A DNA stretch of 64,000 nucleotides from Candidatus Thorarchaeota archaeon SMTZ1-45 (GCA_001563335.1 LRSL01000055.1:1-64000); one strand, 5' to 3'. Shown: positions 39,268-49,113, counted from the stretch's first letter. Translations and numbers: made by a program. The notes: generated by a model not told the origin, from the letters alone.

Positions 39268-39846
39268 ATGCTTGAGTTGTTGCTGTATTTCACTGCATAC
39301 TTTCTTGCAGGGCTCTCACTCAAGCTAGGAGATGACCTACTGGATGAGCTTGATAGGTCTCAACTGGCCATGATTCCTTTGTCTATTGCGGGACTTCTAT
39401 TTGGCCTACTCATGACAATCTCAGAGTGGGACTTGGTTCTACTGACCAGCATAGTGATTGGTGTCTTAGTTTCAGGGAAAGTGAATAATCCCCAATTCAT
39501 TGTGGGGTTTGTGTTAATCTTCGGAACTTTGCTAGTGGTTGGAGTTCCAGTTGTTACAGACTGGTTAGAGTGGATGACTTTACTCATCATTCTCTTCATG
39601 GCAGCAGTCCTTGATGAGAAAGGAAATGATTGGGCAGATAAGGAGAAATCACCATTGGCCTTCAAAATGTTCGAGTATAGATTCGTGCTCAAGATAGTTG
39701 TGCTTGGCCTTGTGATACCTTGGCCAATGTTTCTTTTAGCAGCAATTGGACTTTGGATCTTTGATCTTGGGTATGAATCTGCTGGGTGGCTAATAAAAGG
39801 ATTATCAAGCAAGAGTCTTGTAAGCAAGACTACAACAGACATCTAG
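39268..39846 (+). CDS. Conserved archaeal membrane protein
   Basis: About 6 TM segments; K..DD..DE, GKV.N, LDE.GN, F.YR motifs. Confidence 0.7.
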   Translation: MLELLLYFTAYFLAGLSLKLGDDLLDELDRSQLAMIPLSIAGLLFGLLMTISEWDLVLLTSIVIGVLVSGKVNNPQFIVGFVLIFGTLLVVGVPVVTDWLEWMTLLIILFMAAVLDEKGNDWADKEKSPLAFKMFEYRFVLKIVVLGLVIPWPMFLLAAIGLWIFDLGYESAGWLIKGLSSKSLVSKTTTDI

Positions 39847-40812
39847 AAAAACAGGATCTAGTCCCTTTTCTCGGGCGAAGTCTACCCCTTCTTGACTTAT
39901 CAGAGCAATTCCATTTACACCACTCAGAATCGCATATCGGTCGGTCTCAATTTTGTGTTTTCCCATTGGTCGAGCACATCCCAAGAGAAGTGGAACTTCT
40001 TTCATTCCTAATCTTGCAATGGTGATTATGCGTCCAATGTCCTCAGGAGCTGGTGGGTTGATGTCTTGCATTGGTGTCTTCCTCAAGGGACTCAACGCAA
40101 TAATTACAACTGCAGCTGGATTGCCTTGGGCAATCATATCCAAAGCTTCAATCTCACCAGTCAGTCTTCCATAATCGAGACCTACGAGTACATGAGGCAC
40201 AGTTGGTATACCAAGATCCTCAAGGATGTCAAGTGAACGTCGCATCTTCTTTGGTCCATCTTTAATGTGATAGACCTCCCTTGAAACACGCTCACTGCCA
40301 ATGACATCAAGCATTGCTGCGTCAATCTGGGCCTCTGCTAAACCTCGAGCTGTTTTTTTACTAACAAGACCAGTATGCACTACAATCTCGAGGTCTAATT
40401 CAGATTTCACCCTTTGAATTGAGTCAGTGAATCGCTCCAGAGGGACGTATCCCTTTGAGTCAGACCCGCCACTAATCAATACACCTTCTCCACCCAACTT
40501 TTTGATTTCTTGGCACCTATCAAACAGACTCTCAGGAGTGAACGTGGACTCCATTCCCTTCAAAAGCCGTCCATCACAATGTTCACATTTGAGAGAACAT
40601 GATGTGCCTGTCACACTGAGTGATGCAAAGTTCTGGGAGCTTACTTGAACATGGTCTTTGATCTCATATGGATATGCTGTTGGGCTATAGCATAGAAGGT
40701 CATGATCATAGATAATTAATCGCTGATCAAATCCTTCTTTCATTAACTCCTTAAGCTCATTGGATGATGCTTGTAGGACTGCATATCCTTCATTGATTAT
40801 ATCAAAGCTCAC
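39805..40812 (-). CDS. lipS1: Radical SAM protein, archaeal lipoyl synthase LipS1-type
   Basis: SVTG.SCSLKCEHC, LISGG, GCAR and C-terminal CC motifs described for LipS1 (TK2109 family). Confidence 0.72.
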   Translation of the reverse strand: MSFDIINEGYAVLQASSNELKELMKEGFDQRLIIYDHDLLCYSPTAYPYEIKDHVQVSSQNFASLSVTGTSCSLKCEHCDGRLLKGMESTFTPESLFDRCQEIKKLGGEGVLISGGSDSKGYVPLERFTDSIQRVKSELDLEIVVHTGLVSKKTARGLAEAQIDAAMLDVIGSERVSREVYHIKDGPKKMRRSLDILEDLGIPTVPHVLVGLDYGRLTGEIEALDMIAQGNPAAVVIIALSPLRKTPMQDINPPAPEDIGRIITIARLGMKEVPLLLGCARPMGKHKIETDRYAILSGVNGIALISQEGVDFAREKGLDPVFLDVCCSLAYKTLA

Positions 40813-40940
40813 AGGAGTACCTCGTGATTTCTGAGTATACCTAGGTTTTTAGAATTGTTATGTATGCTAAAGAGTAACAAACAAGTACATCTTGAGTTTC
40901 TTTTGGACTCATCTCCAAACTTGATGGCAGGTGGCATACT

Positions 40941-42380
40941 GTGTCTACTGTGCAAACAGATTCAATCAATCTCTTCTTTAATGCAAAAAGCGTAGCTATC
41001 TATGGTGCTTCTGCAAGTCAGAACAGTGTGGGTCAAGCAATAGTTCAGAACTTTATCAAGCCACAATACACGGGGAAGGTCTATGGGGTCAATCCAAAAT
41101 ATACACAGGTCCTAGGTATTCCCTGTTTTCCTACACTCCAAGATATAGAGGCACCAATAGATTTAGTCGTTGTAGCGGTACCCGCCAGAATTACACCAAG
41201 GGTCTTTGAAGATATTGCAGCCAAGGGGTCCAAGGCGGTTATTGTGATATCAGGAGGATTCTCAGAGACTGGTCCCAAAGGAGCAGAGATTGAGGATGAG
41301 ATTGTTGCAATAGCTAGGAAGAGTGGAATTCGAATAATAGGTCCAAACTGCGTGGGAGTTGTGGATACACACAGTCACATTGACACATTCTTCTTACCTG
41401 AGTATCGATGTGGGCGTCCAAAACCCAGTAATGTGGCAAATATCTCTCTTGTATCTCAGTCAGGAGCGTTTGCCGCTGCAATATCTGACTGGACTGCTGA
41501 GCTTGGTCTGGGGATAAGCAAGCTCATCAGCTTGGGAAACAAGAGCGACATTGATGATGATGATCTTCTTTGCTATCTTGGAGATGACTCTACAACCCAA
41601 GTCATATGTTATTACACAGAAGGCTATGATGAGGACAAAGGTCGTACGTTCTTTGACACAGCAAAGACTGTGACTCCACGCAAGCCAGTTCTCGTTGTAA
41701 AATCAGGAAGAGGAAAGAGAGCTAAGGCAGCTTCAATGTCACACACAGGGTCTCTTGCTGGGTCTGATAATATCACTGATGCAGCCTACAAACAAGCTGG
41801 AATAATTCGGGCAAATAACTTTGAACATATGTTTGACATGGCTAAAGCGCTAGCTATGCAACCAGCAGCGAAAGGCGACAGGGTTCTAATGGTCACTAAT
41901 GGGGGTGGTCTTGGTGTAATGACCACTGATGCTCTTGAAGCATTAGGGCTTAACATACCAAGTCCCTCAGCTGAACTTGTGAAGAAGTTCAACGAGAAAT
42001 TACCTGCGTATTGCGCAGTGGGTAATCCAATCGATGTGGTTGGGGATGCAAACTCAGGTAGGTATAATGTGGTACTTGAAGAGGCAATTGCGAGTGGCGA
42101 ATATGACATCTTCGTGGTAGGCATGTTACTGCAGACACCTAGTCTGGACATGGATGTTACCAATGTGATTTCAAACCATCAGCGTTCATCAGGACTTCCA
42201 TTTGTTGTTGTTTCCATGGGAGGAGGATTCACAACAAAAGCAGGTGAGATAATGGCGCTGATGGGAGTTCCGACCTACCCAACAGGTGAGAAGGCAGCTC
42301 TTGCTGTGAAGGCTCTCGCGCAATATGGAGAGATCAGGTATGGTGCCAAGTTCAGCAAAACAATGGTGTCGGACAAATGA
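40941..42380 (+). CDS. acdA: ADP-forming acetate/acyl-CoA ligase alpha subunit
   Basis: SVA..GAS, GGFSE, GPNC.G, SQSGA, SHTGSLAG (phospho-His), NP.D..GDA. Confidence 0.93.
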   Translation: MSTVQTDSINLFFNAKSVAIYGASASQNSVGQAIVQNFIKPQYTGKVYGVNPKYTQVLGIPCFPTLQDIEAPIDLVVVAVPARITPRVFEDIAAKGSKAVIVISGGFSETGPKGAEIEDEIVAIARKSGIRIIGPNCVGVVDTHSHIDTFFLPEYRCGRPKPSNVANISLVSQSGAFAAAISDWTAELGLGISKLISLGNKSDIDDDDLLCYLGDDSTTQVICYYTEGYDEDKGRTFFDTAKTVTPRKPVLVVKSGRGKRAKAASMSHTGSLAGSDNITDAAYKQAGIIRANNFEHMFDMAKALAMQPAAKGDRVLMVTNGGGLGVMTTDALEALGLNIPSPSAELVKKFNEKLPAYCAVGNPIDVVGDANSGRYNVVLEEAIASGEYDIFVVGMLLQTPSLDMDVTNVISNHQRSSGLPFVVVSMGGGFTTKAGEIMALMGVPTYPTGEKAALAVKALAQYGEIRYGAKFSKTMVSDK

Positions 42381-42428
42381 TATAATAGGATGGACAAATC
42401 AGCAACAAGAGAGAGGTCTGAGTCATAG

Positions 42429-43160
42429 ATGAAAGAAGCGAAAAAAATCTTCAAGGCTGCTCGTGAGGAGGGCAGGACCTTTGTTCTTGAACACGAAGCA
42501 AAGGACATCATGAAGGCATATGGCATCCCAATTCCAGCCTATGCAACTGCAACTACGGTTGAAGAAGCAATTGAGAAATCCAAAAGCATGGGATTTCCCG
42601 TTGTACTCAAGATCCTTTCCAAAGATATTCTGCATAAGTCAGATGCAGGAGGCGTGAAGATTAATCTCAAGAATGAGGACGATGTTCGAAAAGCCTTCGA
42701 TGAGATTATGAAGAATGCAAAGAAGTATGGAAAAGAGAAAGGTTTGGAGATTGACTTGAGTCGTGGGGTTTTCATCTCCGATTTTGTAGACATGGGGACT
42801 GAGATCATTGTGGGAGTCACAAAGGATCCACAATTTGGTCATGCTCTTATGGCAGGTCTGGGCGGCATCTTTGTCGAGGTTCTCAAAGATGTGTCATTCA
42901 GACTGATTCCATTCTCAGAAACTGATGCTAGGGAGATGTTAAGCGAACTCAAAGCATACAAGATTCTCGAGGGTGTGAGAGGCGAGGGTCCCCGGGACAT
43001 TGACGCGTTAGTCGAAGTAATGCTCGCAGTTTCAAAGATGGTTGAGGAGAACCCTGAGATAATTGAACTTGACTGTAATCCAACATTCGTATATGAGAAA
43101 GGAAAAGGTGCCCTCGTGGTTGATGCGCGGATTTTGATAGAAAACCTCAACGAAACTTAG
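42429..43160 (+). CDS. acdB: ADP-forming acetate/acyl-CoA ligase beta subunit (ATP-grasp)
   Basis: FPVVLKI.S.DI.HKSD.GGV, DPQFG, ELD.NP, VDAR. Confidence 0.93.
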   Translation: MKEAKKIFKAAREEGRTFVLEHEAKDIMKAYGIPIPAYATATTVEEAIEKSKSMGFPVVLKILSKDILHKSDAGGVKINLKNEDDVRKAFDEIMKNAKKYGKEKGLEIDLSRGVFISDFVDMGTEIIVGVTKDPQFGHALMAGLGGIFVEVLKDVSFRLIPFSETDAREMLSELKAYKILEGVRGEGPRDIDALVEVMLAVSKMVEENPEIIELDCNPTFVYEKGKGALVVDARILIENLNET

Positions 43161-44353
43161 TCACTAATCATAGTATGAAGAAGAACTAGACCTCTCTTGA
43201 GATCGATGTCCTTCAGAGGATCTTTTGATGATGTCTTTGTAGCTGTGGCTAGAAGCAACAAGAGTGCAACCAATCTAGGCACAAGTCTAGCGTACTGAAG
43301 TAGGAAGTCTTTGTTTCCAGTTGAGTCTACAACAAGACCTTCAAGACGTCTTATCAAAAGCTGAATCCTCTCTTCTACGCCATTATCAAGTTTAAGTCCT
43401 CGAAAAAGCTGAATCGCCACTGATTCATCTTGCAAGAAGGCAGATGAAACACCAATATTCTCGAACATCTGCAAAGCATTGAGAATAGTAGAGTCGTAGT
43501 GCTCATCTTCGAGCCGTTCTATCTCTTGTTTTACAGCCTGAAGTTGACCTAGAAAACGGAGTGAGTTTGTCAGTATAGTCCGCGAAGCCCCAGAGGTGGC
43601 TGGAGCCATTTCTGCTAAATAATCACCATGAACCTTCTCAAGGCGTGCAGCAGCTGACGAGTTCAGTTTTCTCTCGAACCCTGGAGAGAATCCAACACTT
43701 GCTGCTTTTGGCAGAACAGGATGCGACCCCAATCTACGAATTACAGTCAGCGCTTTGAAATCCTCACTTGGAACATAGAAGCAAAGTATTCGGAGTATGT
43801 CATATGCTGTTTCAAAGTCAGTTTCTGATATCACATTGCGACCTTGTCCTTTGCATGCAAAAGCACTAAGAATAGCCCATGAAGAAATAAAACTCTCACG
43901 AAGGTCATCTCGTTGGACTTTATCTGCCACCTCATGTTCTTTCAAGAAACGAAACAATTTCTCTGCAGCACCTGAGATTCTCTGTAGAGTATTGGGTCCA
44001 AATTGGAGGTCAGTTATGGACTTAATGAAGTTCCTTGGTTCCCTAGAGGGTGGTCTTAATACAAAACCAGGCTCATTTCTGGTCATTAGCCACCATTTTG
44101 ATGTTGAAGTGAAATAGTCAAGCACATCAATTGCTTCAGTGACATCAGTTGGATTTGCTAGATCTCGGGATTCTAAATATGCCACAAGTTTCGTGAAGAG
44201 ACTGACAAATCGTGTTAGATGGACTGATATCTTGGACCCTAAGAACAGAAAATCTGTAAACCTAGTTACTACTATTTCGATTTGTTTAGGGACAGAGTCC
44301 TCTACCGTTATTCCTAGCAAACCTTTGTAGACTTCAACTGGAGTTCGCGTCAA
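43157..44353 (-). CDS. Hypothetical all-helical protein with ~4 internal repeats
   Basis: 398 aa; recurring A....R..h...Dh..A..hL motif. Confidence 0.7.
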   Translation of the reverse strand: MTRTPVEVYKGLLGITVEDSVPKQIEIVVTRFTDFLFLGSKISVHLTRFVSLFTKLVAYLESRDLANPTDVTEAIDVLDYFTSTSKWWLMTRNEPGFVLRPPSREPRNFIKSITDLQFGPNTLQRISGAAEKLFRFLKEHEVADKVQRDDLRESFISSWAILSAFACKGQGRNVISETDFETAYDILRILCFYVPSEDFKALTVIRRLGSHPVLPKAASVGFSPGFERKLNSSAAARLEKVHGDYLAEMAPATSGASRTILTNSLRFLGQLQAVKQEIERLEDEHYDSTILNALQMFENIGVSSAFLQDESVAIQLFRGLKLDNGVEERIQLLIRRLEGLVVDSTGNKDFLLQYARLVPRLVALLLLLATATKTSSKDPLKDIDLKRGLVLLHTMISD

Positions 44354-44414
44354 AACTCTGCAATCTCCTGTTATGTCAATTCACTGATTTTGACATATAA
44401 AAGCTGACAAGATA

Positions 44415-45191
44415 CTACTTACCAAATCTTCTAGACCGTGCTCCATAGGAACGTAAAGCGCGCCATATATCAATCCGGCGAACAGCTGGCCAGTAAACTT
44501 GTGCAAAGTAAAGCTCTGAATATGCGGATTGCCACAAGAGAAAACCAGAGAGTCGTTCTTCACCTGATGTACGAATTATAAGATCAGGGTCAGGTATACC
44601 ATTAGTGTATAGGTGGCCTTCTATAATGTCCTCATCAATCTGAGATGATGACAATTCGCCAGTTTCAATCTTTTCACCAATCGCCCTCACAGCATCAACA
44701 AGCTCAGCTCTTCCAGAGTATCCAATAGCGACATTTAGAATGTGGTCATTATATTCTTTGGTTTCCTCCTCGGCATCTCGGATAGCTTTCTGAACTTTTT
44801 CAGGAAGAAGGTCAACTCTTCCAATAGCCTGTATTCGAACTCGATGACGGTGAACATCCGGATTCCCGACGACTTCACTAAACTTTTCTTCTGCAAGAGC
44901 CATTATCTCCTCGACTTCATCCTTTTTCCTCTGAAAATTCTCGATAGAGAAGGCATACAATGTGCACACTTTCACATTAGCCTCCCAAAGAATACGCAAC
45001 ACATCCATCACCTTCGCAGCACCCCTTTGATGACCAAACCATGGAACCTCAAGGCCATGTTTTCGTGCGTATCTACGGTTCCCATCTAGAATAATGCCAA
45101 CATGTCGTGGAGCACTATCTTTGTCTAATTGTCTGAAGAGATAGTATTCATACAGTCTATACATAGGACCAGATAGGTTCAATTCTAACAC
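44415..45191 (-). CDS. uppS: cis-prenyltransferase (undecaprenyl/dolichyl-PP synthase)
   Basis: HVGIILDGNRR, YAFSIENF.R, PDLIIRTSGE.RLSGFLLWQ, RRFG. Confidence 0.96.
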   Translation of the reverse strand: MLELNLSGPMYRLYEYYLFRQLDKDSAPRHVGIILDGNRRYARKHGLEVPWFGHQRGAAKVMDVLRILWEANVKVCTLYAFSIENFQRKKDEVEEIMALAEEKFSEVVGNPDVHRHRVRIQAIGRVDLLPEKVQKAIRDAEEETKEYNDHILNVAIGYSGRAELVDAVRAIGEKIETGELSSSQIDEDIIEGHLYTNGIPDPDLIIRTSGEERLSGFLLWQSAYSELYFAQVYWPAVRRIDIWRALRSYGARSRRFGK

Positions 45192-45253
45192 ACTCTACTA
45201 AACTAAAATGGAAACCTCAACTTAATAGAGTTGATGTTGTGTTGGTAGATGCA

Positions 45254-45625
45254 TTAGATCATTTTCGCAATCTTCTCTGCAGCACGTTTCATATCTAAGA
45301 ATATGAGACCTAGTTTGGCATTTGCAGTGGTGGAAACAGTCAGACAAGCGTTGATGCCAGCTGCCGTGACCAACAACCAGCCATCGACACCCTTGACATT
45401 GACTTGCTCAAGGTTGCCTTTCCCAAGCTCTATCGCCGCTCTCTCACCAAGACTCAGCATAGCAGCAGTCATTGCTGCGACCTTTGCCTCATCTACATCT
45501 GTGGGAAGAGCCGAAACAATTGGTAACCCTTCTACACTAACTATAGCACAGGCTTCAATCTCGGGAATGCTTCCTTGTAGTTCGTTCAGAACACCTTCGA
45601 GAGTATTTTCGCGGGTCTCTGCCAT
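45254..45625 (-). CDS. Roadblock/LC7 (MglB-like) protein
   Basis: IVSVEGLPI.S.LP..VAAM.AA.LSLGER..EL.KG.LEQV..LGLIFLDM. Confidence 0.92.
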   Translation of the reverse strand: MAETRENTLEGVLNELQGSIPEIEACAIVSVEGLPIVSALPTDVDEAKVAAMTAAMLSLGERAAIELGKGNLEQVNVKGVDGWLLVTAAGINACLTVSTTANAKLGLIFLDMKRAAEKIAKMI

Positions 45626-45638
45626 TTGGTCTCACCTG

Positions 45639-46211
45639 TCATTTGTACATTCTTTTCAGGATGACTTCTCTTGCTATTGCTTGAAAAGCCCTCTTAACTC
45701 CTACGCCCTGTACAGCAATTGTTTCATAGATGGGTACATTTCCACCAAGACCAAGTAGGTCGAGCATTTCATCTCGTGACATCCTGTTTGGTAAGTCTCG
45801 CTTGTTTAGCATGACTACTATCGGAATTTCACGACCAAGAGCATCACCGAGGAACAACTTTAGCTCCTCGAAACTCTCTGTGTTCTCATCGCGCTGATCC
45901 GGTGAAGAGTCTGCAACAAATAGGATTCCATCAGTGCCCTGAAGCACCACCTTTCTCTGATGCCTGTGTCGTTTCTGTCCAGCCACTGTGAAGACATCGA
46001 AAAGCACTCGGCCACCCGCTGACATAGGGACATAGTCAAAGAACAGCGTACGATTGGTTTCATCCTCAATTGCAGTGAACTCTCCCTTCTGTAGCCCTTC
46101 TACTTTTCCATAAAGCCAGCGGAGCGCGGTTGTTTTGCCTCCTAGGGACGGGCCATAGAATACTAGTTTGAGATGAATTCGTCCCTTGTCGTCTTTTCGA
46201 ATTGTAAACAC
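45639..46211 (-). CDS. mglA: MglA-type small GTPase
   Basis: KLVFYGPSLGGKTT, RTLFFD, FTVAGQ, L.G.DG..FVADS, NKRD. Confidence 0.88.
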   Translation of the reverse strand: MFTIRKDDKGRIHLKLVFYGPSLGGKTTALRWLYGKVEGLQKGEFTAIEDETNRTLFFDYVPMSAGGRVLFDVFTVAGQKRHRHQRKVVLQGTDGILFVADSSPDQRDENTESFEELKLFLGDALGREIPIVVMLNKRDLPNRMSRDEMLDLLGLGGNVPIYETIAVQGVGVKRAFQAIAREVILKRMYK

Positions 46212-46273
46212 CTCATTGTGTCACTGCAGAGGTCCCTGTAGTGGGATGTTGGTTGAGTAAAGTTCTGTCTAAT

Positions 46274-46315
46274 AAAAGCCTTTGTGGCACGAGAGGGTGC
46301 CCTCGGACGGCTTTT
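46274..46315. terminator. Hairpin with A/T flanks between mglB-like and mglA
   Basis: AAAAGCC...GGCAC-GAGAGG-GTGCC...GGCTTTT. Confidence 0.45.
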
Positions 46316-46399
46316 TGGTTGACTGAACTGATTCACTCCAGTACTCATGATTACTGGAACAGCCAAGCGTGGATACATCTGTGTGTGATATGTATGATT

Positions 46400-46864
46400 T
46401 CACACACGCTCGAGCTCAGCCAGGGCAGATTTTAGGTCTTCTTCGTCAAGCTCGCTCTCTTTGGGAGATAATGGCTCCACTGCAAGGAACTTGTCAAGCT
46501 CATTAGCTAGTTGTACACCTTGTTTCTTCATCACAAGCCGGATCAGACCAATATTCACCTCTGCCTCAGAAACTACACAGAGTACACCTTTCCCACAAGC
46601 TGAGGCGAAAATTTTGCCCTCCGAGAACTCAGAAGTGACTATCTCAAGCTCCCCAATCTGCAGGTTCTTGCCCTGCTCCTCACTTGCACAGAAGACCGCA
46701 CTGGCAATGGCTCCAATTGAGTCGACGTCTACTGGGTAGTAGCTCAGCTTCGACACATTAGCTATTGTGAGGCCTGTCTTGTCGACTAGTATGACCTTTT
46801 TGATACCTTTGTCTTGGCGAATGATCTCTGTCAAAATTTTATCAAACGCCTTTGGGTCGCTCAT
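46400..46864 (-). CDS. mglB: Roadblock/MglB-like protein with acidic C-terminal helix
   Basis: VILVDKTGL.I, IGAIASAVF, GKIF..V.IGLIRL; tail ESELDEEDLKSALAELE. Confidence 0.82.
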   Translation of the reverse strand: MSDPKAFDKILTEIIRQDKGIKKVILVDKTGLTIANVSKLSYYPVDVDSIGAIASAVFCASEEQGKNLQIGELEIVTSEFSEGKIFASACGKGVLCVVSEAEVNIGLIRLVMKKQGVQLANELDKFLAVEPLSPKESELDEEDLKSALAELERV

Positions 46865-46890
46865 TCATAGTTCACCTCAATCTTATTCTC

Positions 46891-47193
46891 TTACTGATTG
46901 TTCTTAAGGACTACTAGGATGAGTCCTTCGTTCACTTCCGGTGCGATGTTAATCTGACCCTTGGTTGTATCCAAGGTCAGAAATGACAACGACCCCTCTC
47001 GAAGTTCTCGCACAGCATCTAGTGCTTTTCCAACGAGGGAGGTGATTATTGCAGCGACGTTCTCTGTAGTTTCCGGGTCTAGATCACTACTGAGTGGCAG
47101 ACCTTCCAAGGTGGTCACGACAACTCCTCGGACTCCTTCTTGTGACTTAAGTTTAGAAAGAATCCCTTGGAGCTTTTCTTGGCTAATCACCAT
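46891..47193 (-). CDS. Roadblock/LC7 protein
   Basis: GVRGVVV.T.EGLPL.SDL..E.VAA..L..L.L.T..G.I.IAP..LILVVL. Confidence 0.9.
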   Translation of the reverse strand: MVISQEKLQGILSKLKSQEGVRGVVVTTLEGLPLSSDLDPETTENVAAIITSLVGKALDAVRELREGSLSFLTLDTTKGQINIAPEVNEGLILVVLKNNQ

Positions 47194-47431
47194 ACAGAGG
47201 CCTCGCTGATTCAACTGTGCCTTAACATCTACGCCGCAGTTGACTATTTTAGACTTGTGGAGATATGTTACCAACCCACGTAGCTCATTTGCGCATTTGA
47301 AGAATATTTGGGGTTGTGTTACATCATCTGTGGGGATTTTATACCTTCATTCATAATAAAGAATTGATTCCAGTGTCGTTCCTGGAAGGACATGAATAAT
47401 GCCCAGTAAACAATGAACGATTGTGTTACAT

Positions 47432-47471
47432 AAAAAAAGAAGCGTGGTCGTGTTAGAAAAACACACGACCA
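47432..47471 (-). terminator. Intrinsic-type terminator after the Sec23/24-like gene
   Basis: 9-bp perfect stem TGGTCGTGT/ACACGACCA followed on the minus strand by CGCTTCTTTTTTT. Confidence 0.65.
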
Positions 47472-47490
47472 TTGATTTTGATTCAAAGTA

Positions 47491-49113
47491 TTAGGCTTCT
47501 TCATCTTTGTCAAAGAGTTTCTTTGAGCTTCTTTTCATCTGAGCAAGACTACCTGTGAAAGCTTCATCAGCAGCTCCTGATGGGCCTGCAGCTGGAGCCT
47601 CAGCCATCATCTCCTCCTGACGAGTAATCTCAGCCTCCTCGTTGTTCAAGACATTGTCAGTCTTATCCAACATTGCTTGAACGCTAGCAGGAGCAGACTT
47701 TGCCTTTGTCTTCAGAGCCTTTCTGAATGAGGCGATCCGCTCTCGCCCCTTCTCCCTATCACCACGGAAAGACTCTTCCCCAGCTTTCTGTGTCACAAAG
47801 GTTGCACCAACTGTTGGGTCGAGGGTTTCCATTATTTCTTCCTCTTTCTTGGTAACACGAAGCTTGGTTGTCACCACACGAACTCTTCGTGCACCCTCTT
47901 CATCAGTGTAAGATACTTGGACCTGTATTGGTACTTCAGGCGCCTTAATCTCCATTTCTGGTTCAACCTCAAAGTATAGCTCATGATCCTCACCAACAAC
48001 TCCAATCTTACTCTCGCCGTTCTTCTTCAACTGGTCAACAACAGCCCGGGAAACTCCAGAGGCATCTTTGACTTTCACACCTGGAGGTGTGACAAGCCGC
48101 ACCTCTACATCCCTACCTAGAAGAGATGCTCCAGCCAATTCAGAGAGACTGCGATCAAGCTCATTTGGAGTCACATAGTACATCTGACCACCAGTTGCTT
48201 CAGGTAAGAGCCCTAACGTCTGAAGCTCCATGCCAGCACCTGAGGCAATACCAACTACATCGACCGCGGTACCGAGTTCCATGAACATCTTTCCTAGGTC
48301 CTCGTAGTATTTACTCGCAGGAGTGACCTGATATCCCTCAAGAGCACCAATACCTTCGTTAGCAAGCCCATCCGTGAGAAGGACCACTCTTCCAACATTG
48401 CGATGCTTGGCAATGACATAGGCCATTCCAACTGCTGGGCCCAACGCAGTGCCACCTTGGTCACGGAGTGTTTGTACATGCTTTTTTAGCCGGTCCTTGT
48501 TCTTTCCCACACCTACTAATTTCACCTGGTCAAGAAGCTTCTTTGTAGACTCCATGATATCTTTAAGACTCGCAAAGGAGTCTCTCGGAAGTTCAACTGG
48601 ATTTCCGTTTTCCAGATTTCGAGCAACAACAGAGCTCTCAAACTCTATCAATCCAAACATGGTGTCTGGTGCGTTCGCGGCAAGACTGTCAATGGATGTG
48701 TTCAGACTGCGTTTAACTGCAGCTAGGTTTGCTCCAGCCATTGATCCTGAAACATCAATTAGCCCAAGAAATGAACGTCCGCCTACAGAGATTGTTTCCG
48801 TTTCGGTGGTTGTGTCTGGTGGCGGGTTAACAATGAAATCGGTGTCATCACCTGCTACTACAATCTCACCCTCAATGACATTTAGAGTTCCACAGAAAGG
48901 ACAAACAAAGTGTTTGCCCACCTTTGGATCGTCTTCTATTTGGTCTACACTAAGAAGGAAGCCATTACATTTGTGGCATGCAATGGGCTTTCCTACAATC
49001 TTTGTGGTTTCATGCGCAAGATGACCAAATTCTACACGCAGGACATATGGAATATCGCTCAGTACTTTTTTCGAAGCTGGAAAAGCCGCTGAGCTAGTTC
49101 TCAACATAGGCAT
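47491..49113 (-). CDS. Sec23/Sec24-like protein (Zn finger + vWA trunk + beta-sandwich)
   Basis: PIACHKC..FVCPFCGTLN; LIDVSGSM; TALGPA; LLTDGLAN.G.G; EATGG; QVSYTDEEGARRVRV.T. Confidence 0.82.
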   Translation of the reverse strand: MPMLRTSSAAFPASKKVLSDIPYVLRVEFGHLAHETTKIVGKPIACHKCNGFLLSVDQIEDDPKVGKHFVCPFCGTLNVIEGEIVVAGDDTDFIVNPPPDTTTETETISVGGRSFLGLIDVSGSMAGANLAAVKRSLNTSIDSLAANAPDTMFGLIEFESSVVARNLENGNPVELPRDSFASLKDIMESTKKLLDQVKLVGVGKNKDRLKKHVQTLRDQGGTALGPAVGMAYVIAKHRNVGRVVLLTDGLANEGIGALEGYQVTPASKYYEDLGKMFMELGTAVDVVGIASGAGMELQTLGLLPEATGGQMYYVTPNELDRSLSELAGASLLGRDVEVRLVTPPGVKVKDASGVSRAVVDQLKKNGESKIGVVGEDHELYFEVEPEMEIKAPEVPIQVQVSYTDEEGARRVRVVTTKLRVTKKEEEIMETLDPTVGATFVTQKAGEESFRGDREKGRERIASFRKALKTKAKSAPASVQAMLDKTDNVLNNEEAEITRQEEMMAEAPAAGPSGAADEAFTGSLAQMKRSSKKLFDKDEEA

